Shown here piece after piece: positions 1 to 12,000 of a DNA stretch of 64,000 bases. The DNA is taken from positions 7,033 to 71,032 of the forward strand of contig JAVCDD010000180.1 in NCBI GenBank assembly GCA_030765125.1, in the 5' to 3' direction. The notes below the pieces were generated by a model, which saw only the letters and a list, made by a program, of their open reading frames with translations, did not search any database and was not told where the DNA came from. Numbering within the stretch: the stretch's first letter is position 1; each line of letters starts with the position of its first letter. A program made the translations under genes and the position numbers. This DNA is from Candidatus Hatepunaea meridiana. Its GTDB lineage: Bacteria > Electryoneota > AABM5-125-24 > Hatepunaeales > Hatepunaeaceae.

Positions 1-3000
1 ATACGGCGCGGGTCGGGATCTTCATCCAGTATTATATCCCCGATATCCTCAATGATTTCAGGTGGATCGTTGACCGGATTGATCACCAACCGGAAGTCCA
101 GATCGGTTGAAGCACCCGGTTCGTCGGTGGCTCGAATGGTAATTTCTACGCCGTCCGGGATATTGTAATTCGGTTCAGGTTCGAAATGCAGTACATTGAA
201 CTGGTCGACCTCCATATTCAACTCTTCTGGAGCGTCGATGACCGAAAAGTTCATTTCGTCTTCTTCTATATCGTAGAACACTTCGTCGAGGTCAGCCACG
301 TCAACCCGGTCAGGGTCTTCGTCAATCCTTATATTTTCAATCTGTTCGACAATCCGCGGTGCATCGTTGATGGCGTTAACGACGACTTCGAAGACGTCTT
401 CCGCCGTTTCTTCACCATCTGAAGCGGTGATCGTAACATCGACGTTCCCGTTCCAATCCGCTTCAGGCTGGACATAGAGCCTGCCCTGTACAATGCGAAT
501 ACTAAGCCCTTCAGCGTCGGACTCCTGGAACTCAAGATCGTCATCATCATCCGGGTCAACGAAGTGATCGTTCAGATCGGCAATTAGCCTTTCACCGTCG
601 TCCTCGTCAAATTCCTGATCGGGGATTTCCTCTACTAATATGGGTGGTTGATTTACGTGACCGACGGTAATATCAACCGTTGCGCGGGTCCTGCGACCTC
701 CCTGGTCACTTACTTCGAAGATCGGGCTGTATTCACCTTCATCATCAAGATCGGTCTGCCAGTTGAATGTGCCCGTGTTATCACCATTATCAGTGAATTC
801 CGCGCCGCGGTCTTCAGTTCCGTCGTCAACCAGCATTAACAGTTCCAGTTCGTCACCTTCAAACTCGATGTCAAAATCGTCAGCGGTCAGAGTGAATTCG
901 ATTTCATCGCCCTCATCAACATTTACCTCATCCAGCGGGTCAACCCAGAAGGGAGGGTCATTGACAGGGGTTATGGTAACCAGGAATACATCGTCAATGC
1001 TGTCATCACGGCGCGGGGAAGAAGAATTTTGGATTTTGGATTTTGAATGTTGAATGTCAGTAGCGTAAGCATTCCCGCTTGCGGAAACCATACACGCTGT
1101 TCGTAGCGCCGACGTCTTAACGGCATTACCGGAATTATAAGATGGTCTGAATACCATTAAGGCTCTACCGCCTTGATCATCGTCTGCTGTTACGGTTACT
1201 TCGAGATCATCACCGTTGAAATTCTCCGGAGCTTCCAACAGCAGCATATTATCATCGTCAATCTCTGCCGTAAGAGGTTCATCCGCTTCAACAGAGAATG
1301 ACAGATCATCGTCATCCGGGTCCTCGAATACCTCATCCAATACTGCGACTTCAAACTGACCGAAGTCCTCGGGTACACGCATATCCGCAATCGGGCTGAC
1401 TACCCGAGGTGGCTGGTTGATGTTGTTAACGGTGATATTAACCGTCAGATCATCGGTTCCATCATCTGTGTCGGTTACGCGGAAGACAGGGGTATAAGGA
1501 TCATCACGACTATCATCAGCGCCAGGCGTCCAGGTAAATTCTGCCGTGCCGTCGTCGTTATCAGCAAATTCCCATCCGTCAGGCAATTCACCTTCGTCGA
1601 ATACCGACCAGACCAGATCGTTGACATCATCTTCAACATCACTTGCCTGGAAGACGATATGGAGTTCTTCCTCTTCAGTAACATCAACGTCAATCTCATC
1701 GCCTAAAGCCTCGCCCTGATCGTCTTCGATAACAGGATCATCGTTAATCGAAAGGACGTTGATCGTGAATTCATCGGTAATTGATTCGTCTCTTCGAGGA
1801 GGAGAAGAATGTAGGATGAATTTTGAATGTTGAATGTTGAATGTTGAATGTTGATTATTGATTCGGGCGGCGATCATAATTCGCTGTCCCCAACTGTCCT
1901 CGGCTTCGATAATCACCTCTGATTCACCGAAGTAGTTCGGATCTGGTTCTACGGACAGGATGTGTGTTTCAATATCAATATTAGCGTTCAATTCTTGAAT
2001 CTCATTAGCTTCGATGATGTCAAACTCTAAATCATCACCATCCGGATCATCGAAAACATCGTCCAGGTCGGCGATTTCGATTACACCGGCGTCCTCGTCA
2101 ATATCTATATCGTCAATCGGATTTACAACTTCCGGAGGACGGTTGAAGTTGCCGACGGCGATGGTGATCTCCAGATCGACATCTTCCTCACCATCGGATA
2201 CCGTGAAGATTGGCGTATATTCACCTTCGTCTTCGAACGTTGTCTGCCAGGTAAAGCTTGCCGTACCGTGCTCGTTATCATTGAGTTCCGCTTCATCCGG
2301 CAGACCACCGCGGTCGCTGAATTCGATGGTCAGATCGTTGTTGTTGTCCACGTCATCCTGGGCAATAAGTTCGAAACGGGCAACGTTTCCTTCGTTTACC
2401 TCGTAACGATTGTCTTCAGGATAGCTCTCCCAGACCGGTGGATCGTTGAGCGGATTAACGGTAACAGTGAATTCATCGGATACGGTCTCGTCGCGGCGGG
2501 GTGGAGGGTTGAAATAGGGGGACAGTATACCTATTTCTGTTAATGGACCATCGTTCTTTTCAAGAGCACTCATGAAATAGGTATACTGTCCCCCTATTTC
2601 TGCGAGGCTTCGAGATGGCTGCACATTAACCATCAAACGCCCACCGTTCTCCTCATCATCTGCTGTCACGGTTACGATTAGATTCTCACCGTAAAAATCA
2701 TCCTCCGGTCTCAACGTCAGGATATTCTCATCGCTGATTTCCAGATTCAGTTCTTCAGTACCTTCCACCGAGAAAGTAAGATCGACGCCGTTCGGATCTA
2801 CGAAAATTTCATCCAGGTCGGCTACCTCCAACAGACCGGAATCTTCGTCGATTTCGACATCGTCAATCGGATTTACAACTTCGGGAGGATCGTTGATGGC
2901 TATGCCGGCGATATCAACCGTCAATTCAGCGTTGTCAGGATCGTTGGAGCTAATTGTTATTACGTCGCGGAACACACCGGCGTCTTCGGGAGCGAAGGTT

Positions 3001-6000
3001 ACAGTCAATTCATAGTTGTCTTCGGATTCAATAGTAAGTTCTTCGGCAAAGTCAAAACTGAAGTCCTCACCATCGGAAGTTATTTCGAATATTGTCAGGT
3101 CTCCATTGCCTTCGTTGCTTATGGTCAATATCAGTTCTTCGCTCTCGTGAATTGAAACGTTGCCAAAGTCCAGAACATTGGGGGATATGACAATTGCAGG
3201 ATGCGGGACAAAGTCTGTTACGTCAATGATTACCAAACCATTCTCACCGTCGGCGACGTATGCCATATCTCCCACGATCTGAACCCGTTTGGATAAGCCG
3301 TCTGTGTTATGGGCAGCAATCTCGCTCATATCTTCGGGGTCGGACACGTCGATAATTCCCAAGCCTTCCTCCCCGTCACAAACAAAGGCACTATTGCCTC
3401 GTACATCGATGCCCGTCGCTTCACCTTCGGTATCAAACGAGCCGACTTCAGCCGGATTTTCAGGATCGGATACATCGACCACAATAAGTCCATCATTCCA
3501 TTGTGCTACATAGGCGTAATCCCCGACGATAACGACATCCCAGGCTTGACCCGGAGTATCAAAGGATCCAATCTCATCCGGGTCCTCAGGATTGGAAACA
3601 TCGATAATACGAAGACCGCCTCCAGCAGCAGCTAAATATGCATAGTTCCCGTTAACGTCGACGCCTCGTGAATTACCCGGTGTTTCGACTGTGCTGATTT
3701 CATCAGGGTTCTCAGGGTCGGAAATGTCAATTATACTAAGTGCACTACTCCCTTGGCTCTCATCTGCTACATAGGCATAATCGCCCTCAACGCAGACATC
3801 CCAGGCATACATTTGCCACCTTTCGAGTGCGCCAACCTCTTCAGGGTTCTCAGGATCGGAAATATCGATTATGCGAAGCCCACTTCCGAAGTCCGCTACA
3901 TAAGCATAGTTTCCGATTACGAAGACCGCGCGAGATGTCCCTGGAGTATTGTAGAATCCGATTTCATCTGGGTTCTCCGGATCGGTTACGTCGATCATGC
4001 GAAGACCGCTGTTTCCATCTGCAACATATGCAAAGTCGTTTACAACAAAAATCCCCTGGGCATCTCCCGGTGTGTCGTAGGAGCCTACCTCGTCAATCTG
4101 CGGCTCCCGTCCTGTGCCGGTCAGGTCAACGGTCAGTTCATCGTTATTGGGATCGTCAGATGAAATGGTCATTGTGGCGGTGAAATCACCGGTTTCTTCA
4201 GGTATAAAGGAAACGATTAACTCGAAACTGCCTTCCGGTTCGATAACTAACTCGTCCTCGAAGTTGCTGCTGAAATAATTTTCATCAATTGAAATATCGG
4301 ATACGGTCAGGTCGGCGTTGCCTTCGTTGCCAATAGTGAGAATCAGATCACTCCGCTGGTGGACTGCCACTCCGCCGAAGTCCAGTGATGCCGGTGTTAC
4401 AGTAATACCTGCTTCCGGTTCTTGATGGAAGTAAAAAGCGCCCATATCCGCCTGTGTTTCATCAGGATCGTCCGGCGCGTCCGGATCACCGGAGTCGATG
4501 CAGGGGCTGTTGCGGGTCAGGGAATAATCATCATTGTCTATGTCCGCGAACAATGGATCGGAATCAATGTTCCCCGCTCCGGCGTATCCACCTTGAATAT
4601 CGGAGTAGGCGATGGTTAAACCAGCAGGAGTAGCTCCCGGTTGGTTACCCCAGAAGATCGAGTTCACGATTTGAGCGGAGGAGTTATCATAAGTATGAAT
4701 TCCACCATTGCCGGTCTCGCCGATGTTGCCGGTTATAGTTACGTTTATCAAAGTGGGATCGCTGTCGTGTGTGCTGTAGATAGCTCCACCCCAACGACGG
4801 GCGTTATTGCCCTGTATCAACAGATGATCCAGCGTCGGGGCAGCGTCATTGATGTATATTCCTCCGCCGTAGTTGGAATTTCCATTGCGGATAGTGAAGC
4901 CCATCAAGACCGCATCTACTCCAATTCCATCGCGCAAAGTAACCACACTGCCACCGGCGTTGCCGTCTATGATGGTCGATTCTATATAAGCCTGATCGCC
5001 GGTAGTCAATAACAGGCTGGCAACGACTATCTCCTTACCAATGAAGTTGATGCGTTCAGAATAGGTTCCGGAATGAACAAGCACGGTGTCACCGTTCTCG
5101 ACGGCGTTGATAGCCGCCTGGATGGTTCCATAGTCATCCGGGACGTTGAACAGATGCCTGCCGGGGATACCAATTCCGGTCAGTTCGATGGTGGTTACCC
5201 TTTCGTCAGGATCGTCCGAAATGAGGGTCATAAAGGCTTCAAAATCACCGATGTCGTCAGGTGTGAAGGTAACAGGCAGAGACGCCTGCCCTTCCGGTTG
5301 GATGACAATGGCGTTCTCGAAAGTCGGTACGAATGTCTCCGATCCGCGGATGGTAACTTCCGAGACGGTAAGATCGGCGGCGCCCTCGTTGCGGATAGTC
5401 AGGATCAGTTCTTCGCTGTCATCTATACTGACCTCGCCGAATTCCAGGATTTCCGGCTCAACGGCAATATCCGGAGCCACACCTGAACCGGTCAAGGTGA
5501 TTGTTATTTCATCCTCTTCAGGGTCGTTGGATGCTATGGTTATTATTCCCTCAAAATCGGCGACAGCATCCGGTGAGAAGGTGACGATCAGGTCGGTGTT
5601 GTCGTCGGGTTCAATATTGATTGCATCTTCAAAATCACTGTTGAAGTTGTCACCTTCAATTGTCACTTCGGATACGGTAAGAGGACCTTCGCCTTCGTTG
5701 CCGATGGTTAAATTCATCCGGGCATTATCATCGATTACAACTTCACCGAAGTCAAGATTGTACGTTGAAACTGTAATTGCCGGGTGCGGCATAAAGTCGG
5801 TCACGTTCAGGATGCGCAGTCCGCTGGCTCCATCAGCAACATAAGCGTGAGTTCCGATCACTGAAACATCGTAAGCCTCGTCAGGCGTGTTATAAGATGC
5901 GGTTTCACCAATATTTCCCAAGTCGGAAATGTCTATTACCTGCAGTCCACTCTCCATATCCGCAACGTAGGCGAATCTTCCCAAAACCGTTACGGCAACG

Positions 6001-9000
6001 GCGCGATCTGGCGTGTCAAGTTCACCGAGTTCTTCAATATTTTCGGGGTCGGATATATCGAGGATATGTAAACCACTCTCGTTGTCTGTAACGTAGGCGA
6101 TAGATTCGATGATGAATATTTCCGTTGCAATGTCGGGAGTATCGTAGCGTCCCGTTTCTTCGATATTCTCAGGATCGGAAATGTTCAATACTAACAATCC
6201 ATTAGCGCCGTCTGCTACGTAAGCATATTCACCAATGACTGTTACAGCGTGCGCCAATCCCTCTGTATTAAAGGATCCAACCTCGCTCGGATGCGCCCTG
6301 TTTGATATATTGACCACCCTCAGACCGCTCTCCATATCTGCTATATAAGCGATTGTGCCGACAACAGCGACATCAACGGCATTTCCGGGAGTGTCGAATT
6401 CACCTGTTGGATTGGGGTCTCCGGGATCAAAGACGTCTATGACTTGTAAGCCGTTTTCATCGGCGGCTACGAAAGCGTAGTCTTCCGACACAACAACGCT
6501 CATTGCGGTTCCGATATCACCGGCTGATGCGACCTCGTCAGGGTTCTCAGGGTCGGTTATGTCTATTACTCTTAAGCCTCCGTCACCATCTGCAACGAAA
6601 GCGAAATCTTCTATGACGGTAACTCCGTAAGCTGTTCCATCGGTGTCATAGTTTCCTACTTCGTCGATGTCCGGTTCGCGTCCGGCGCCGGATAACTGAA
6701 CAATTATTTCACCGTTTTCGGGATCGTTTGAGGTGATGGTTAATGTGCCTTCGAAATCACCTGCTTCTTGGGGGGCGAAGGTGACAGACAGGAATGTCTG
6801 TCCTACCGGGTCGATGACAATGGGGTCTTCGAAGCTGCTACTGAACCAGACTCCTTCAACGGTTACATCGGATACGGTTAAAGGACCGTCGCCTTCGTTG
6901 CTGATGGTGAGTCTTTGATCAATACTGCGTTCTATCTGTATAGCGCCGAAGTCCAGTTGTTCCGGTTCAACGACTATTATTGGAACTACGCCTGTGCCGG
7001 TTAATGCTATGGCTATTACCTCTTCATCCGGATCATCAGAGGATATGGTCAGTGTTGCTTCAAAATCACCTGATTCCTGTGGAGCGAAAGTAACGGTCAG
7101 ATCGAATTCCTCATCCGGTTGGATGACGAACGCTTCGTCGAAGTCGCTGCTGAAGTAATTCCCTTCAATTGCGATGTCAGAGACGTTCAATTCAACCAAA
7201 CCATCATTGCTTAATGTAAGCGTCAGATCAGCGCTCTCGCCTCCTGACACCTGACCGAAGTTCAATTCATTCGGATTAACCATTAGATTCGGTTCTTGCG
7301 CCTGGTGGTAGTAGAGTGCGCCCATATCGGCGCGGGTTTCGTCCGGGTCTTGATCGGCGTTGGGATCACCGGTGTCGACGCAGGGGCTGTTGCGCAAGAT
7401 TTGGTAGTCGCTGTTGTCTGCATCGGCAAATAAGGGATCTTCCTCGATGTTGCCTGCACCGGCATAGCTGCCTTCAATATCTGAGAAGGTGATCGTCATA
7501 CCGTTCTGCAGATCAGGCGGTTCGTTGCCCCATATAATAGAATTAATCACCTGAGCACTCGCTCCACCGCCGCCGATGCCAATAGCAGCGTTGTCGCTGT
7601 TTGCAGTGTTACCGGAGATGGTTACGTTGACGAGAATGGGAATGGAACCGCTGGTGGCGTATAGCCCACCGCCGCGTCCACTGGCGACGTTGTCGACTAT
7701 AGCGAGGTGATCGAGCGTGGGCGTGGTCTGATCGCCGTTGCAATAGATACCACCGCCCCAATCGGTGTCGGCATTTCTAACGGTAAAGCCGGTCAGGATT
7801 GCCGCTTCCGTTTCACCGTTGCGGAAGACGACCGTACTCCTGCCGTTTGCGCCGCCGTCAATTATGGTCGATTCGATGTATTCAGCCTCACCTGTGGTCA
7901 GGTACAGACTGCCGACGGTTACGTCTATGCCGTTGAAGTTGACGTTCTCTTCGTAGGTGCCGGGTTGAACCAGCACGATGTCACCGGCTATGGATACGTC
8001 GATTGCTTCCTGGATGGTTTCATAGTCATCCGGCACGTTGACGGTGCGCGCTTCGGTCTCTATACCGGTGCCACTCAAATCAACGGTTACTTCTCCTTCA
8101 TCGGGATCGTCGCTGGTTATGGTCAATACAGCTTGCAGATCGCCTGTTTCACCGGGCAAGAAGGTTACATTAACTTCAGAACTTTCGTCCGGTTGGATGA
8201 CAATGGGGTTTAAAAAGTCGCTGCTGTAGTAGGCGCCTGCAATCGTTATATCGGAGACGGTCAGTTCGATATTGCCTTCGTTAGAGATAGTTATGGCTAA
8301 CTGGGACGACCTGCCCATTTCAGTTTCAGGGAAGGCGAGGGCTTCGGGATCAACGGCGATGTCAGGTGTAAGTCCCGATCCGGTTAAGGGGATGTTTATC
8401 TCACCCTCATCGGGATCATTGGACGTTATGGTCAGCGTTCCTTCGAAATCACCGGTTTCATTCGGCTGGAAGTTTACGTTGAACTGCCGGTTGCCGTCCG
8501 GTGCAATTACGAATTCCTCCTCAAAGTCCGAGGAGAAATATTGACCTTCGATGGAAATATCCGAAACAGTAAGATCGGAATTTCCATCATTGGTGATTAT
8601 CAATGGCAGAGTGGATATTTGTCCCACCAGGCAGTCGCCAAATGGGAAGGAATTGCGGTTAACGGTAATATCCGGCGCCACGCCTGAACCGCTTAGCGCA
8701 ACCTCAACCTCCGGATCGTCCGGATCATCGGAAAGTATAGTCAGGGTTGCATCAAAATCGTTCACCTCTTCCGGCGCGAACGTAACGGTCAGCTCAAAGT
8801 CCTCAAACGGTTGGATGACGATTTCTTCATCAAAATCGGTCAGGAATGTCTGCGCTCCCCGGATTGAAATATCCGAAATGGTCAATTCCCAGTTGCCATC
8901 GTTGCTGATGGTTAACGTCAGGTCTTCAGTTTCACCGGTTACAACCTCACCGAAGTCGAACGCTTCGTCTGAAAGGGTGATTTCGGGGTATTGGACGAAG

Positions 9001-12000
9001 TCGGAGACGTCGAGGATTAATAAACCGTTATTCCCATCAGCCACATATGCATAGTTTCCTACAACAGAAACATCCCAAGAATGTTGAGTTCGGTGATTAC
9101 CAACCTCATCAGGATTCTCAGGATCTGAAACATCTATTAAACGTAGACTGCTTTGACCGGCGGGAGTAAAGCATGCAACATAAGCTATGTTACCTACAAC
9201 AGTTAAGTCTCGAGCATAATCACGTGTATCTTGAGATCCAACTTCGACCAATTCATCTGGGTTAGAAATATCAATAATTCTTAGACCTTCTGTATAATCT
9301 GCTACATAAGCATAGTTTTCTATGACTGAAACACCCAGAGCTGCACCTGGAGTATCATATATTCCTAATCCTCCAAGGTTACGAGCATTAATCAATATTA
9401 AACCTGTCTGATTATCTGCAACATAAGCGATCTCATCAACTATCACAACATCCCGTGCGATTTGCGGCGTGTTAAATGAACCGGTTAATCTTGGATCTTC
9501 AGGGTCGGATATGTTAATAGCTTGCAAACCGCTACGTCCATCAGCTATGTAAACATAATCTCCGCTGACCGCAATACCTTCTGCCCAATCAGGAGTATCA
9601 CAGCTTCCTATTTCATCAGGTTCCTCAGGATTAGACACATCAATAATACGGAGACCGCTCTCGTAATCCGCTACAAATGCCAAATTATCCGAAACCACCA
9701 CATCATAGGCATTTCCTGGAGTTTCACAGAAACCTATCTCATCTGGATTCTCTGGATCAGAGATATCTATTATCCGTAGACCCCCTGCATTATCTGCTAA
9801 ATAGGCAATATCCCCGACAATATCTATACCAAATGTTACACCATTAGTATTATAATGCCCCACTTCCGGTATCGCCGGTTCCCTGCCGACTCCCACCAAT
9901 GCAACATCCACTTCCCCATTATCCGGGTCGTCGGAAGTTATGGTCAGTGTCCCCTCGAAGTTGTTCTCGCTGTCCGGTGTGAACCGAACGGGTAGTTCGA
10001 AGGTGGCGTCCGGTTCGACGATCATCTCTTCATCGATATCCTCAAAGATACTGCTGAAGTTGTCGTGTCCGATTGATATATCGGATATGGTCAGGTCGCC
10101 GTCACCGTCGTTGCCGATGGTCAGGATGAGCTCGACGGTCTGGTCGATTACGACCTCGCCGAAGTTCAGCGATTCGGGATCATGCGTGAGGATAGGCGCA
10201 ACGCCCAGTCCGCTTAAGTTCACATCCAATTCTCCATTATCCGGATCATCGGATGTTATGGTCAGCGTTGCCTGCAGGTCTCCGGTCGCGTCAGGTGCAA
10301 AGGTTACGGTCAGTTCATAGGGCTCGTCCGGTTCGATGACGACCTCACCGTCGAAGTCGCTGGTGAAGTAGTCACCCGCGATTGATATGTCGGAAACGGT
10401 CAGAGGCGCGCGTCCCTCGTTGTTATCAATAGTGAGAATCATATCTGTCTCGTGACCGACTACCGTGTTGGGGAAGACAAGCTCTGCCGGTGTTACAGCG
10501 ATAACGGGAGCCGCTTCCTGGAAGAAGTAGAGGGCGCCCATATCGGCGCGCGTGGTGTCGGGGTCTTCGGGAGCGTCGGGATCGGCTGCGTCAACGCAGG
10601 GGCTGTCCTCAGTGATGTAGAAGTCGTTGTTGTCTGTGTCAGCGAAAATGGGATCGGAATCAAGGTTGTCTACTCCAGCGTAACCGCCCTCGATGTCGCA
10701 GTATGCAACGGTCAATCCGTTCGGCATTCCGGCGGGTTGGTTGCCCCAGACGATTGAGTTTCCGATAGTGGCTGAGGCGCCTGCAAAGATATTAATAGCG
10801 CCGACCTCTTCGTTTGCCGTGTTGCCGTAAAGGGTTATAAAGTTCAGATCAGGATTGGCGTTGTTGGTGGCGTAGATACCTCCACCGCGGCTGGTGGAGC
10901 TGTTTCCGTAGATTACCAGATGATCCAGCGTCGGGCTCGCGTCGTTGATATAGAGCCCACCGCCGAAGTCGGTTGAGCCGTTGCGAATGGTGAAGCCTAT
11001 CAGTTCCGCTTCGTCTGTCTCACCGTTGCGGAAGGCGACTACACTACGCCCGTTGTCGCCGCCGTCGATTATGGTTGAGGCTATGTCATCCGGATCGTCG
11101 CTCTCGATATATTGGCTGGCAACCGTGATGTTTTTGCCGCGGAAATTGATGTTCTCATTATAAACACCGGGGTCGACCAGAACGCGGTCGATGTCAATGG
11201 CTTCGTCAATGGCTGCCTGGATGGTCTCGAAGTCATCAGGGACGTTGTATTCGCGGGGCTGTGCTTCGATGCCGGTTCCTGACAGGGCAACAGCAAGCTC
11301 ACCGTTGTCGGGATCGTCTGAGGTGATGGTCATAGTGGCTTCGTGGTCACCGGTCTCGGTGGGGGAGAAAACGACAGACAGGAATGTCTGTCCTACCGGT
11401 TCTATGATTATTTCGTCTGTAAAGTCGCTGCTGAAATAATCCCCTTCAAAGGTTACGTCTGTAATGTACAGGTCTGTATCGCCGGTGTTGCTGATGGTTA
11501 TGACAGACAAGGATGTCCGTCCCACCTCAGTATCAGGGAATCCAATGGCTTCGGGGTCTATGGTGATTTCGGGGTATTCTACGATGCCGCCGGTAACTTC
11601 GGAACAGTTGAAGATGTAAAGCCCTTCATCCTCATCGGTGATATAGGCGTAATTGCCGGATACATACAAGCCGATAGCGTAGCCTGGAGTGTCGTGGAAA
11701 CCAATCTCTTCCGGTTCGGCAGGGTTTGAAACGTCTATCAAGCGCAATCCCTCGTCACCATCGGCAACATAAGCGAAATCATGCGCGACAAAGACGCTTT
11801 CGGATGAGCCGGGAGTGTTTACAAAGCCGACCTCTTCCGGTTCTGCGGGGTTTGATACGTTTATAATGCGAAGTCCACTGCCTGAAGCGGCGACATAAGC
11901 ATAGTCACCGGCTGCGAAAACTCCATAGGCACGACTCGGCATTTCGAGATTGCTCACTTCATCCGGATTTTCCGGGTCGGACACGTCGATTATGCGCAGT

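Noticed and set aside
2511-2600. Gene 1 being a pseudogene disrupted by the hairpin element
   Set aside because: The insertion is exactly 90 nt with no stop, and the frame stays open on both sides (PRRD...GGRLMV). No partial ORFs are listed, which would appear if the frame were broken.
5146-5844. 232-aa plus-strand ORF, and dozens of similar plus-strand ORFs across 1-19862 (e.g. 763..1053, 2014..2406, 7707..8213, 8551..9054, 13531..14277, 16150..16719)
   Set aside because: They are Ser/Thr/Pro-rich low-complexity translations antisense to the real minus-strand giant gene. Near-identical copies recur with the gene's repeat period. No SD, no domains.
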